A stretch of DNA of 64,000 bases from Eledone cirrhosa (GCA_964016885.1 OZ024749.1:46252001-46316000); one strand, 5' to 3'; positions 43,267 through 58,407 are shown, numbered from the stretch's first letter. Program-made: numbers and translations. Notes: generated by a model not told the origin, from the sequence alone.

Positions 43267-43337
43267 TATTTTATTATGCGCATTTCAAAAACAAACATCA
43301 TCATGCAATAATATTTGTGTTTTCATCAGATAAAACA
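43267..43337 (-). ncRNA. Minimal type I hammerhead ribozyme
   Basis: Minus strand: tgttttat-CTGATGA-[aaacacaaatattatt gcat gatgatgtttgttttt]-GAAA-tgcgca-TA-ataaaata. Stem II has 16 positions with 3 G-U pairs and 1 mismatch; stem III is the palindrome tgcgca. Confidence 0.85.
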
Positions 43338-43497
43338 GGAGAACATGATATGAAGGCTAAAAAACACTTGTGGATAGTGCAGTTTTAAAGCAACATATCA
43401 TGTATACTCCAGTATACTCCAGTCCTACAAACTGTAGAGTGCTTCTTATCCGATATCTGCATTGCTTTATTGTACTACAATAAAACTCACCTCCTAC

Positions 43498-43557
<60 letters not shown>

Positions 43558-44016
43558 CATGACATATGCATATATGTACTTATCTATCTATGTAGACAAT
43601 TAGTTATATACTTCAACGTATACTATATATCCGTATTACGAGACAATGCATAAAGACCTGAGGGAATGACGAAAAGACAACACAATCTGTAAATATTCCT
43701 ATGTCGGCCAAAATACATGATGCTATTTAAAAGCCCGACTTAAAACTTTCTGTATATTCCGGTTGATTTTGAGAATTCGGCAGAGAAAACCGCGAATACA
43801 TGTGATAGAGCACTGCATTTACGACTTAATTTAAATAAAGTTTATTCACTCAGCGGCAGCACTGATTCCATTCTTAAGTCTGCATTTATGGACATCAATG
43901 TGTGCGTGTGTGTGTATGTGTGTATGTGTGTGTGTAATTGCGTGTGTATGTGTGTATGATTTGTGTGTTTGTGACACATACAGAAAAGTATTATTGCATT
44001 ATACATATATGAATGG

Positions 44017-44087
<71 letters not shown>

Positions 44088-44184
44088 TAATAATATCTAT
44101 ATATTATATATATTTATATGTATATATATATATATTGATACACATACTTTCTTTCTCCCATACACATATATGTGTATGCCTGTG

Positions 44185-44252
<68 letters not shown>

Positions 44253-44586
44253 CATAAGTGTATGTATGTATGTATGCTAATGTTTGTAGACAACGCATAT
44301 AGAGCAATCTGGGTGTGTATAAGAGACAATATGACCAACCAGTCAGTAGGAATGCTTCATATGATCAGTAAGCAATGCTGATATGTTGTTCATTAACCGT
44401 TGCCTGGACACATTCACTTGGTCTTTAATGAGCAATATAATAGAGTAGAGCAGTAAGACTGATGTTCGCTCCATGTCGTCCTTTACAAACATCCTTTCTT
44501 CTCGTTCATATATCCTCACTAAATAATGGTGGCTATACTGCTGCTGTTCTCGTTGTTGTTGTTGTTTGTTTGTTTGTTTTTATTTG

Positions 44587-45760
44587 TTGTTGTTGGTTGT
44601 GGTGGTGTCAGGGTTGTTGGCGGTGGAGGCAGCGGTGGTTGTGTTGGTGTTGTTCGTGTTGGTGTAGGTAGGGGTATTGCAGTTGTTGTTGACTGTTGTT
44701 TGGTGTGTGATGATGTTGGTGTTGGTTGTGGTGGTGTCAGGGTTGTTGACGGTGTAGGCAGTGGTGGTGGTGTTGGTGTCAGGGTTGTTGGCGCTGGAGG
44801 CAGTGGTGGTGGTGTTGGTGTCAGGGTTGTTGACGGTGGAGGCAGTGGTGGTGGTGTTGGTGTCAGGGTTGTTGACGGTGGAGGCAGTGGTGGTGGTGGT
44901 GGTGTTGGTGTTGTTGGCGGTGGAGGCAGTGGTGGTTGTTTTGGTGTTGTTCGTGTTGGTGTAGGTAGGGGTATTCCAGTTGTTGTTGACTGTTGTTTGG
45001 TGTGTGATGATGTTGGTGTTGGTTGTGGTGGTGTCAGGATTGTTGGCGGTGGAGGCAGTGGTGGTGGTGTTGGTGTCAGGGTTGTTGGCGGTGGAGACAG
45101 TGGTGGTGGTGGTGGTGTTGGTGTTGTTGGCGGTGGGGGCAGTGGTGGTTGTTTTGGTGTTGTTCGTGTTGGTGTTGGTGTTGGTGTAGGGGTATTGCAG
45201 TTGTTGTTGACTGTTGTTTGGTTTGTGATGATGTTGGTGTTGGTTGTGGTGGTGCCAGGGTTGTTGGCGGTGTAGGCAGTGGTGGTGGTGTTGGTGTTGG
45301 TGTTGGTTGTGTCGACTATTTTGGTGGTATATATATATATATGTTTTTTTTTTGTTTACTGGTTTTGCTGATAATAGTGATGTGGATAGATGTGTTGTTG
45401 GTGATAGTGGTGTTGGTGTTGGGTGTGGCGTTGGTAATAGTGGTGTTGTGTTGAGTGTGGCGTTGGTGATAGTGGTGTTGGTGTTGGAGGTGGTATTGGT
45501 GATAGTGGTGTTAGTGTTGGAGGTGGTGTTGGTGTTGGAGGTTGTGTTGGTGTTCGTGATGGTGTTGGAGATGTTGTTGGTGATAGTGGTGTTGGTATTG
45601 GTGATTGTTGTGTTGGTGTTGGAGGTGTGTTGGTGATAGTGGTGTTGGTGTTGGAGGTGTGTTGGTGATAGTGGTGTTGGTGTTGGGTGTGGCGTTGGTG
45701 ATAGTGGTGTTGGTGTTGGAGGTGGTATTGGTGATAGTGGTGTTGGTGTTGGTGATAATG
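44587..45760. repeat. Higher-order (GGT/GTT)-derived minisatellite with nested ~42-bp subunits
   Basis: Block ggggtattgcagttgttgttgactgttgtttggtgtgtgatgatg occurs 3x; gtcagggttgttg.cggtggaggcagtggtgg recurs. Confidence 0.85.
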
Positions 45761-45821
45761 GTGTTGTTGTGATTTTGTTGATGCTGGTGTTGATGTTTTT
45801 GATAATGCTGTTAGTTATAAT

Positions 45822-45985
45822 AATAATTTCTACTATAGGCACAAGGCCAGTAATTTGGAGGGGGGGGGGGGGGGGGGGGGGGCATTGATTAAATCTACGT
45901 TACTGGTATTTTATTTTGTCGACCCCGTAGAGGGCCGTAACTCTATGCTGCAAAACATGGCGTCCTGCGTTCTACCGCCAATCCA
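45822..45985 (-). mobile_element. Internally deleted long-variant SINE with a poly-G run
   Basis: ggcacaaggccag..(G)n..tactggtattttattttgtcgaccccgta..ctaccgccaatcc. Confidence 0.75.
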
Positions 45986-46532
45986 ACGCCCTTGTTGTTG
46001 GTTGGTTATAATAATGGAGCAGATGATTCCAGTTATTTTGTTTTTGATGCGCTGGTTTTGATAATAATGGTTGTATTGATGAGTGTATTGTGTCTGTCAT
46101 CTTTGTTGTTGTTGGTGGTGGTGGTGTTGTTGTGTTGAAGTGAGGGTGGTTCTGGTGGTTTGGACTAAGATGTTTTAGATGGGGTGGTGTTGTAGGTAGT
46201 GTTAGTGTGGCCGATGTTGATACTGGTGGCGTTATTGATCTACACTGATTTTGATGATTATAGTGATGGTGGACCTGATAGTAGCAATACATTTGCTATT
46301 AATTGGTGTTGGTGATGTTGTGGTAGTTGTGATACTAACTATGATGGGGTGTTGAAGGAAGATGGTGGCGATATTTTTGAAACCTGTTTGAATTTGTTGT
46401 TGTTTTTATTAGTCCGGATAATTATGTTACAGGGACAGATTTTGGGTTGAGCTGTATTTGCTGTTGTGGTTGATATGTAAATCCTGGTGTCATTAATATA
46501 ATTATGGTTGTGAAGGAAATACCTGGAATTGT

Positions 46533-46761
46533 TTAACATTTTAGCAATTAAACCGGTCATATCCGGCCAGAATTCACTCACCTCTTTCTGTTCAAACCAA
46601 CCATAACTGGCTCCTCATACTGATGTTAAGGTATTTTTCTCAAAATAAATAATATCAAAATCCTGTAGATTCGATATTATGTAAGATCATTATGTCAGCT
46701 AAAGCCTTTACCATGAAAATACAATAGTATATATAGATTAATGTAAATGCTAAAGGGTTAA
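46533..46761. mobile_element. piggyBac-like MITE (~220 bp) with TTAA target duplication
   Basis: TTAA-cattttagcaatta...taaatgctaaaggg-TTAA; imperfect terminal inverted repeat c(c/a)(c/t)tttagcatt. Confidence 0.65.
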
Positions 46762-46852
46762 GGATGTTTATGGGCGATATATTGATAATGTCAGTTTAAC
46801 GAAAGTAATGATGTGATAACTGCTCTTTATTTTAGTGTTGCATATGGAGTTA

Positions 46853-46985
46853 GGCGGTAAATTGACAGATTCTTAAAGGCATCGGATCAAAGAAATCCTC
46901 CGGATTTGGTCGTCTTACCCGTAAGCTGAGTTCAAATCCATCGATCCCATCTTTGCCTTTCACCCTTTCGGGTGTCAATGAATAA
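46853..46985 (+). mobile_element. Degenerate SINE 5' part
   Basis: ggcggtaaattgacaga...ctgagttcaaatcc...tttgcctttcaccctttcggg. Confidence 0.65.
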
Positions 46986-47312
46986 ATCTCTCTCTCTCTC
47001 TCTTCATTCAATCTTTCAGAACGAAATGAGAAAATTTAATGTATTTATTATTATTTTAGTTGAATCACACTATTTTAGAGATTGAAATAATAGAATTTTA
47101 ACGAAATCTTATATTTAATCTTTTTACCTGTCTGAACTTCACTTTGGAAGAATTCAGTTGGGTTCCGAACTAGAAAGGACTGTGATACTCCAATATTAGC
47201 CCCAAGGCACGTCGTGTGACAGAACGACGTCCTTACTAATCATTCAAGACTTATGGTCTCTTTAATATTTAATATTTTGGTTTAACTTTCAGGTGAGAGA
47301 AGGTAATTGATT

Positions 47313-47501
47313 AATTGTTTCTACATTTGGCAGAAGGCCAGCAATTATCCCAGAATATATTCCTGGTGCTTTATTTTATCGACCTCGTAAGGATGAAAGG
47401 CAAAGTTAACCTCGGCGGGATTCGAAATCAGATCATAAAGGGCTGCAAATCATGCTGCAAATCATGGTGTCCGACTCTCTACCGATACTGCCAATCTACC
47501 G
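47313..47501 (-). mobile_element. SINE copy
   Basis: Reverse complement of the consensus. Confidence 0.85.
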
Positions 47502-48663
47502 GCAATTGTTTTAATGAAATTAGTATATGTATTAAGATATTCAGGTGTTTTAACAGTGATATTGTTACACCTGTGGTGGGATGTTAATGATTACATTATC
47601 ATCTTCTTAAAAGAAACTTGCAGATACGACATCTATTTCTAGCAGGTCGTGGGAATACGTAAGAGGCATTACACTGGGTCACTCTCAACGTTATGGTGTT
47701 GGGATTTTGTTGCTGTCATTATTGATATTGCCGTTGTTATTGCTGTCGCAATCGACGATGTTTTTATCCTCATTTTTTATTATTAGTTTTTTTGTTTGTT
47801 TTCGACACGGTCATTGTTGATGTTGTTGGTGTTGTTGTTGTTGTCACCGTGCTTATTGTTGTTGTTTTCGTCATAATTATAAATTTTATTGTTGTTTTTC
47901 ATTTTTTGTGTTTTCGTTAATGCCGTCGTCGTTGTTGTTGTTGTTGTTGTGTTGTTGTTGTTTTGTCGGCTTGGTTTTTATTTTATGTATTGTTGTTTTG
48001 TTATCATCACCGTACTTGTCATTGTTGTTGTTGTGGTGGTTGTTGGCGATATGGTCCTCACAATCATTGTTGTTATTGTCGTTGTTGTTGCGTTGTTCTT
48101 CGTCTTGTTATTGTTATTGTTGTTGCCGTGGTCGACACTGTTGTTGTTGTTGTTGTTGTTGTTATTGTTGTGGTCGATACTGTTGTTCTCGTTGTTGTTG
48201 TTGTTGTTGTTGTTGTGGTCGATACTGTTGTCGTTGTTTGTTGTTGAGTTGATGCTATCTTGGACATTGTTTTTTGTATTTGTTGTCATTTTTGTATATT
48301 TTGTTGTTGCTTATTTTCTTTTTTATGTTGTTGTAGTTTATATTGTTGTTGTTGTATAATGTTGATTTATATGATGTTTTTTTTATGTTCTATATATCGT
48401 TGGTGTTAGATTGCTGTTGTTGTTGTTGTTTTGTTGCTGTTGTTGTTGTTGCTGCTGCTGTTGTTGTTAATATTGTTGTTGGTGGTGACACTGACATCAA
48501 CACTGACCAACTTTTCAGCGACGGACGGGCCTCTCCACCAACCCCACCACCCTGATAATCTATCTCTACCCACCTCCACCACCACCACACCCATCAATCT
48601 ATCTCCGCCAATCTCTTCCCTTATATATCACCAGCGAGCGAAATTCCCTTCAGTTACCACCAC

Positions 48664-48712
<49 letters not shown>

Positions 48713-49134
48713 CCTCTCTCTCTCTCTCTCTCTCTCTCTTTTCTCTCTCTTCCTCTCTCTCTCCACCTCTACCTCTGAATCTAACCCTTCCTTATATATC
48801 ACTACCCAACGAAATTACCTCCAGTTACCCCCCCCCCTCTCTCTCTATATATATATATCTCTTTCTCTCTCTCTCTCTCTTTCTCTATCTCTCCCTCTGT
48901 CTCTTTCTCTCTTGCTGTCTCTCCACAACTATCTCTCTCCACCTCTTCCTCTCAATCTCACTAACCCTTCCTCCATCCACACCCCATTCAACACGCATGA
49001 AAGACCCTGTCATCCAAGATAACCCTAATTAAGAAGTTGCGGTCATAAAAATCGGGAATTTATTGGCTCCTTGGAATACCAAGCGACAGCAACTATTCAC
49101 CATCGTTGCCATTGGGGCATGAGGTGAGATTTAA

Positions 49135-49870
49135 GTTGGGTGGTGGTGTTGTTGTTGGTGGTGGGTGGTGGTGGTAGTTGTGGTGGTGGTTGTGGTGGTG
49201 GTGGTGGTGGTTGTGGTGGTTGTGGTGGTGGTGGTGGTGGTGGTTGTGGTGGTGGTGGTGGTGGTGATGGCGGTGATGCTTTGGTGGTGGTGGTGTTGGT
49301 GGTGGTGATGATGGTCGTTGTTGTGGTGTTGTTGTTGTTGTTGATGGTGGTGGGTGGTGGCGGTGTTGGTGGTGGTGATGATGGTGGTGGTGTTGTTGTT
49401 GTTGTTTTTGTTGTTGTTGTTGTTGTTGTTGCTGTTGTTGGTGGTGGTGGTGGTGGTGGTGGTGGTGGTGGTGGTGGTGGGTGGTGGTGGTGGTGGTGGT
49501 GGTGGTGGTGGTGGTGGTGGTGGTGGTGTTGGCGGTGTTGTGGTTGTTGTTGTGGTTGGTGGTGGTGGTGTTGGTGGTGGTGGTGGTGAGTTGATGATGG
49601 TGATGGTGGTGGTCGTGGTAGTGGTGGTCGTGGGAATGATGAATGTGTTTGCTGTGGTGTTTGGGTTGTCGGTATATGGTGATGGTGGTGGTGAGGGATA
49701 TGGTTATTGTAACGGTGGTGGTAATCGATATCAGGATTGTAGTGGTTGTGATGTTTGTAGTGATGGTGGGGGTGGTGGTTGTCTTGGTGGGGGGGTCTAT
49801 GTTGGTGGTGGTGGTGATTGCGCTCGTGATGTTGATAGTGGTGGGTGTTGACAGTGACGGTGGTGTTAGA
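49135..49870. repeat. (GGT)n/(GTT)n microsatellite complex
   Basis: Read directly from the sequence. Confidence 0.9.
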
Positions 49871-51204
49871 GGTGGTTTTCTGGATTGTTTCAGTAATAGA
49901 CACCAATGTTGTTTTCACGTGGATATTAAAGACAGGATTATTGACATCGATTGCGACGTCTATCTTATTGGGAACAAGAAACCCCCGGGATATTCCTGGT
50001 ATTAACATTTTTCTCTCTTTCTATGAAATTAAAAACATTCGATACGTTAAGCGAATATACGAAATCTAGATTTGAATTCTGCATATAGAAGTTCAAGACG
50101 GATAATTTAACACTTAACGTCCTGTACCGCAAGAAACCACATTAAAAAGACGTTCATGAAATGGACAAAATAGTTGCATGATGGCATCACATTAACAATT
50201 TAGTATTTTCTCTAATACAGCAAATTTTCACAATGATCTGTCCAGTAACATAGCCAAATCAAAATATTAACAAAGCCGTATCAAATCTTTTCAGCTAAAA
50301 TATTACGACGTGTTAAATGTTAAAGACAGTGTGATATCTATAAAGTCATTATCACTATAATAAAATATGCTTCTATTTTAAGAGTAGAACCAAAAACTAA
50401 CTTCAGGTAGATAGTCTGTCAATTTGCCAAAAGTATACCTGGGCGGTTAAGAAAATTTGCTTGCTAATATTGACATCCTGGTTACGACCCCATTGCATAT
50501 TGCTTCAAATCAACTCAAGTTTTGTGAGTGAAATTTACTAGAGGGAAACTGAAAGGTAATCTGTTCACTTGATCGGATATGTGTATGTATCATAGCCTTA
50601 CTTCAAGTCAGATTTCATGAATAAAATTTGATGGAGGGAAACTGAAATAAAACACGTCGCCGGAAACGTACCTGCAAATGAAATATCCAAACCTGTCACC
50701 ATATTATAATCACATTTATTTGGTTAGGGAGTTACGTGAAAATTACTCGTAATTATGTGTAATAACTTGAACACTTCAGAAGATCAATGAATATTCAACC
50801 TCATACATAAGGTACAAAATACTCAGGGAAGAGTTCACGCAATAAGGTCCTTCTAAATCATGTTCCATCGGGCTCAGTATATCAACAACCGATCTGCATG
50901 TGGATAACATACATCAGTTGACTGTAGCCGCCTTATTAATTAGTTTCTATAGAATAATCTGTATATATATATGTGTGTGTGGTGTGTGTGCTGTGTGTGT
51001 TGTGTGTGTGTGTGTGTGTGTGGTGTATGGTGTGTGTGTGTGTACATCTGTGTTGTACATAGGTGGTATATAGTATACATACATAGTGGTGTATAGTATA
51101 CATACATACATAGTGGTATATAGTATACATACATGCATAGTGGTATATAATATACATACATACACACACACATATATTTATATATACATATATATATATA
51201 CACA

Positions 51205-51241
<37 letters not shown>

Positions 51242-51320
51242 AATATATATTGCTAATAAATATATATATATATTATTATATATATATATAATATATATTA
51301 TATATAATATATATATTATG

Positions 51321-51353
<33 letters not shown>

Positions 51354-51796
51354 AATATATATATTGCTAAGCAGCCATCCATTCATTCACACATCAATAC
51401 TTACATATATGTAAATATTATTCCTACCTTACGTTTAAATGTATAAATATTTGGTCTTGATGATGTTGTACAAAACGATACCTTTTATTGAAAACCTTGT
51501 CAATCACAACACAGTAAGAAAAGAAAGAAATCGATGAGAATCATGTTAGGACAATATATTTTCTAAAGCTTTTTATTTATTTTATTCTTTGATACACATG
51601 TTAGTCGTATTTTTTCAGTCTTATATTTTTTTATCTTCCATTTTTTTCTGTTCTGTTGGCTTTACTTTTTCACACGCTCGCTCTGTCTCACTCAAACCGT
51701 TGGTATTCTACCTATATATTTTATATCTTTTTGTAAGACATTTTTTTTTTTTCAATCTTCTATTCTCGTATATTGCATTTATCACTTTTCTTTTGT

Positions 51797-51828
<32 letters not shown>

Positions 51829-51879
51829 GCTCACACGTCTTTATATATGTTTATATATATATATCTGTTTGGATGTATG

Positions 51880-51940
<61 letters not shown>

Positions 51941-52066
51941 TATATATATATATATATATAAATTATATATATATATATATCTACGTGTATGTAAACTCTC
52001 AGGCATACGCACGTACACGTTGGACATTACCCCAGACCAACTGAAACGATATGAACTGATGAAAGA

Positions 52067-52110
<44 letters not shown>

Positions 52111-52124
52111 GAGAGGAGAGGGGA

Positions 52125-52219
<95 letters not shown>

Positions 52220-52687
52220 GAGAGAGGAAAGCAAGCGAGGGGGATAAAGAGAGATGGAGAGAATGGAAATGATGGTGAGATGGATAGAAATTAAATGAGA
52301 GATAGTGTGTATGAGAGAGACAGAGAGAGGGAGAGTGGCAAAAATTATGGCAGAGAAAAAGATATTTGTCGTGTTGGTTACTTTAATCTTCGATACTTTC
52401 TGACTGTCCGTTCGTTCATTCGGTTGGCTGGTTGGCTGGTTGGTTTGAATGGTTCTTGTTTACCTGTGTGATCTTGGTTTGCTATAGTTGTTTGTTTGTT
52501 TACACACTTATTGTATTTGTTTACAGAACTGTATTGGTTTTTTGTTGTTTATTCATTTTTTTAAAGAAAAAAATATATACGCTGAAATGCTTGTGTATAT
52601 ACTTGAAAAAATAAGAAAAGTATTGCAGTTTCTTCGCGACAAATCACAGCCCAACTCCTATCAGTTTTGTTACTAATGCTGGTGCTT

Positions 52688-52760
<73 letters not shown>

Positions 52761-52880
52761 TATATATATAAAGGTAACATAAAATCTTCGTCGGATATGA
52801 TTCAAGCAAAACTAGCCAATGCAAAAGTGTTTCACTCGCAACTCATACCAAACTTGTTGATTACCTTCATTAATTAAGAC

Positions 52881-52930
<50 letters not shown>

Positions 52931-53380
52931 GTGTGTCTTTGTGTGTGTGTGAGAGAGAGAGATAGAGTGTGTGTGTTTGTGTGTGTATACAAACACTCAT
53001 ATAGGCAAAACATGATGAGCAAATTAAAGTGATTACAGACCAATAGCTAAAGAAATTAAAGTTTATAAAGCAATAAATTATCAAAGATATGGTTATGCTT
53101 AGGAATGATTTTATAACAGTACTGCACATTCTAAACAATAATTATATTCAAACAAACGAGAAATCTACCTAAATAATTCTGAAGTCTTGCTTTATTAATC
53201 TCAACAGATTTTGTTACTTTTTAACCATTAGATATTTAATCTAAACCGAAAATTATACATTTGAGCATTGTTAATAAAATCTCAAGCCCTGTCCAAGGCG
53301 CAATGTTTCAGATAGTAACGCAATCACACACACTCGCGCATATATGTACATATATATATATGTATATATAAATGTATATA

Positions 53381-53428
<48 letters not shown>

Positions 53429-53507
53429 ATATACATATATATATACATATTATAATATACATATATATATTATATATACACATATATATATATATATATA
53501 TAAATGT

Positions 53508-53548
<41 letters not shown>

Positions 53549-53584
53549 GTATATATATATATATATATAAATGTATATATATAT

Positions 53585-53620
<36 letters not shown>

Positions 53621-53650
53621 GTATATGTATGTAAAATATATGAAATATAT

Positions 53651-53699
<49 letters not shown>

Positions 53700-53998
53700 T
53701 GAGAGAGAGAGAGAGTGAGAGAGGAAGATAGAGAATTTCAGGGAAACACATAACCTTGTATGTGAGTGTACATGATCTTAATGATACTGCCAGGTAAAGG
53801 AATTGGCCAGCATTGTTGAACTGTATCCAGAAACCGAAACGCCTCCGGGTTATAAGATTGAAAGAATATAAAATAGAAAGGGGAAAAAAGGGATTTTGTA
53901 GTGCACTGTCAGAGCTTCAATGTCTGGCCGGGTTTTATCGAAGGTCTATAGAAGCCTAGAGCTATTTTCGGACCCCCCCACAGACATTCGCATTATAC

Positions 53999-54075
<77 letters not shown>

Positions 54076-54721
54076 ATACGTGTGTCTGTGTGCATATGTA
54101 TATATGTATACATTCATACATACATACATATGTAGGGTGAAGTTGGGGGCTATACTCGTCACACATTATTTTGGTAATCAACTTCCTGGATTCCTATTGA
54201 GTGATTTCCTTCCTGTAAGAAGGACAGTTTTACAATGGCTTATATTGGGGACACAAAATAAATTTGAAAATAGTAATAATAGCACTAATAATAGTAGCAG
54301 AAATCGCAATATTAATAATAATAAGAAGAAGAACAACAACAAAAATAATAATAATAATAAATATAATAATAATAATAGGGATGCAAAAACTGTTAGCATG
54401 AAAACAGAATAATACTCATCTAGATAGTATTGGCAACATGGACTCTTCCTAGCCGCAAAGCGTTTACAATCTTCCTTTTGTTTTGTTCATCATATTATAC
54501 CCAAAGGAGAGATACTAAATATTGACCAAAGTTTCCTGTTCTATAATACCCACTCAAATTTTCCTCCAAATATTCATGCTGCTTCTTTTTTCAGTTGTTG
54601 TTTTAGTTACGTAGATATGTTTTGGCCAGAAGAAACTAAAAAGTCGATTAGATATATATATTTTTTTAATTATTTTATTACTAAGTTTCAACCTGCATGT
54701 ACACACACACACACAACACAC

Positions 54722-54802
<81 letters not shown>

Positions 54803-54836
54803 TTTATATTTTATATATATATATATGATATATTAT

Positions 54837-54897
54837 TAAAGTAGCAGTAATACACTGGGTAATTGCTGGCCTTGTGCCTAACGTAGAAACAATTATT
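54837..54897 (+). mobile_element. SINE 3' fragment inside a (TA)n tract
   Basis: aaagtagcagtaatacactgggtaattgctggccttgtgcctaacgtagaaacaattat. Confidence 0.8.
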
Positions 54898-55196
54898 TAT
54901 ATCGATATATATATTAATATATATGTATATATACACGAACATATATATCTATCTATATACTACGAAAAATTGTGATTGTGTGCTTGTCTGTAATATAGCC
55001 AAAAGGAGCATAATGGGAATACATATGGAATAAACAAGTTTCGCGTAAATCAGAGCATGTGTTCCCGAGATACGAGTTTTTTCTGGGTACCTTCATAAAT
55101 TGAGAGTGGGAACGATAGAGGGAAAGAGATAATGGCTGTGAGAGAGTAGTGAATATTACCTGCTAAATAGGAAGGGTTTCTATCTGCGTGTGTATG

Positions 55197-55286
<90 letters not shown>

Positions 55287-56016
55287 ACTGCTTCAGTATA
55301 TATGGGACTCTATCTGTGTGCATTTATGTACGTAAATGAATAAACACCAGTGCTTTTGCATGTGTTTACCTCTAATTCTATATCTTCGTTTGAAAGTATA
55401 AGGATACTTTCCTCCTTTTTGCCAATAAATAAAGGAAATAATAATCATTTACTCTGGCCAAAATCTCCATCATTTTTCCTTACACTGCTGCATTGAAAGA
55501 TATGTAAAGGTTCATTCAAAGATTGTCTTTCCTGCTAGAAACATTGTCACCTAGCATCGTAAACAAATCATTCACAGCAAACCAGAAAACATCGCTGAGA
55601 AGACTGTTAAAGAAAAATATATATAATTTACAAAAGAAAAGAAAATCAAGGACAATTTACATTACATTATCAGAAACAAAATCAGTCTGCTACCTTTAGA
55701 TCAGCATCCTATCAACTAACTTTTGAAGCGAGAGAAGTTCAAAAAAGAAATATCAAAATATATATATGGTAATCCGTTTACAGAACGTAAGACGTGTGAG
55801 ATGAGAATGAAATATTTTAAATTTAGATTAGACTCCATCTACCACATCGCTTGTATTTCTTTCTTCTTTTTGTATATGAGAATCTCTCTCTGGACCCATG
55901 CAAATGCATGTACATATACTCACATATACATGTGCACATATATATATAAATATATAACGAAGGAAATGTGGTAAGGAACCAGATGGACCATAACGCACCA
56001 AAGTACTCAATACTTA

Positions 56017-56052
56017 GGGTAGTAGAGTGGGTAGTTACCCACTCTACTACCC
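56017..56052. repeat. Perfect 17-bp-arm hairpin abutting a TA tract
   Basis: gggtagtagagtgggta gt tacccactctactaccc. Confidence 0.9.
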
Positions 56053-56304
56053 ATATAAATATATATATATATTAAAATTACAGATTAAAGTTTCAGCAAA
56101 GAATCACCGTTTTCATCCGTAACGAGATCCAGTTAAGGGTGAAAGCTGCGATTCTTATCTTAAAATTTAATCTGTTATTTTGATAAATATTTGCTACGGT
56201 TTTTATATATTTGTATATATATATTATCCTTATCGAGCCCTCTTCGGATTTTAGTCTTCACATTTATTATTAATACTACACACACACACACGCATATATA
56301 TATA

Positions 56305-56351
<47 letters not shown>

Positions 56352-56367
56352 ATATATTATATATATG

Positions 56368-56398
<31 letters not shown>

Positions 56399-56751
56399 CG
56401 TAGGTTTCATGTTTGTATCTATATGTTTGTAAGTTTGCCTGTGTTTATCTATACTCGTGGATAAATATGTGTGAGAAATCTACGCAAGCGTCACTATTTC
56501 AAATGAGACATCAATTTGAATAGAGGCTACTAAAAAGGACCAAATTTCCGGAATATCAATGATTAGTTTATGAACAAATGGTTACTCAAATACCAATAGC
56601 AAGTCGATAACAGGCCAGGACACCAGAGGCTGTTAATTGAAATGTGTGTGATAGATATATGTACGTATGTTTTTTTATCATGTCCTATCCCACTCTCTCT
56701 CTCTTTCATTTTCTCTATCTATCTATCTATCTTTCTATCTTTCTCTTTCTC

Positions 56752-56803
<52 letters not shown>

Positions 56804-56807
56804 GCTC

Positions 56808-56861
<54 letters not shown>

Positions 56862-56882
56862 CACACACTTTCTCTATGTATA

Positions 56883-56976
<94 letters not shown>

Positions 56977-57031
56977 CTATTATATATATGTATATATATG
57001 TACATATATATAAAAATATATATTTATTTAT

Positions 57032-57064
<33 letters not shown>

Positions 57065-57259
57065 TATACATATATATTCACACCCCACACACACAAATAT
57101 ATATATGTATATATATATATATATATATGTGCGTATGTATACATTTACGTGCATGTATCCGAATTTTGATACGGCTGTATATATATATATATATATATAT
57201 ATACTATATATATATACATATATATCTACACATATGTATATATACATATATACGCATAT

Positions 57260-57338
<79 letters not shown>

Positions 57339-57679
57339 TATTATTTTGGAGAGATACTCTCCATGTTCTGTAGTTCAAAACCGAAAAAGAATATTTACGC
57401 AATATATATCCTCCAGTATTGAAATAAGGTTTTAAACGTTTTGCAGCAATAATAATTGTTCATTAAATAACCCATTAAAGCAAATGTTTATACACATTCA
57501 TACATGCATGCATATAATCTATTCATATATAGATAGATATATAGACACACATACGAATGTCTGTGTGTATGTATATATACATATATATATATTTATATAT
57601 ATATATATATATGTATATATGGAAGTACATATACATATATATTCGTATAGATATATATGGATGTACATATACATATATA

Positions 57680-57800
<121 letters not shown>

Positions 57801-58186
57801 GAATAGACAAATATTTACATAAACAAACGAATGTTTATAGTTGTTACACTAAACATATCCAAGAGTTTAAGAAGTACGGACAATGGGAAAAAAATGTGAA
57901 AGCAGGAAGTCCATTGTCCTAAATCTTTACGGACACTTCCGGATGAGGTCAGTACTGAATGGTAGAATCGCATTCTTTAGATGACCAGTGGTGTTCCACT
58001 AAACACACAGCAAACATTGATGATAAAGACCGAACAGCCATGTTTATTATTACTCAGATTAAAATATCAATTACATTTGTTCATCATCTTTCTCTCACTC
58101 TCATGTTTAACCATCTACACTCTCACACTGCTTTTGTCATTCCCTGACCAATTAACTGTACATTTCAATTTGGTACTGTAATGAAG

Positions 58187-58228
58187 CCTACTTGGGTATG
58201 TATCTTTCCACCCCCCTCTTTCGATCTC

Positions 58229-58297
<69 letters not shown>

Positions 58298-58340
58298 CGA
58301 GATCGAAAGAGGGGGTGGAAAGATACATAGCCCAAGTAGG
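58187..58340. repeat. Palindrome with (TA)n centre
   Basis: cctacttgggtatgtatctttccacccccctctttcgatctcggta-(TA)n-taccgagatcgaaagagggggtggaaagatacatagcccaagtagg. Confidence 0.95.
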
Positions 58341-58363
58341 TATATATGTTTAATATATATATA

Positions 58364-58407
<44 letters not shown>

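Noticed and set aside
44580-45842. 420-aa Thr/Asn-rich mucin-like ORF and overlapping Gly/Val-rich ORF
   Set aside because: Trinucleotide-derived minisatellite, open on both strands, crosses a TA tract, and its start codon lies in a SINE tail.
49097-50008. 303-aa Pro/His/Thr-rich ORF
   Set aside because: Translation of (ACC)n/(AAC)n microsatellite.
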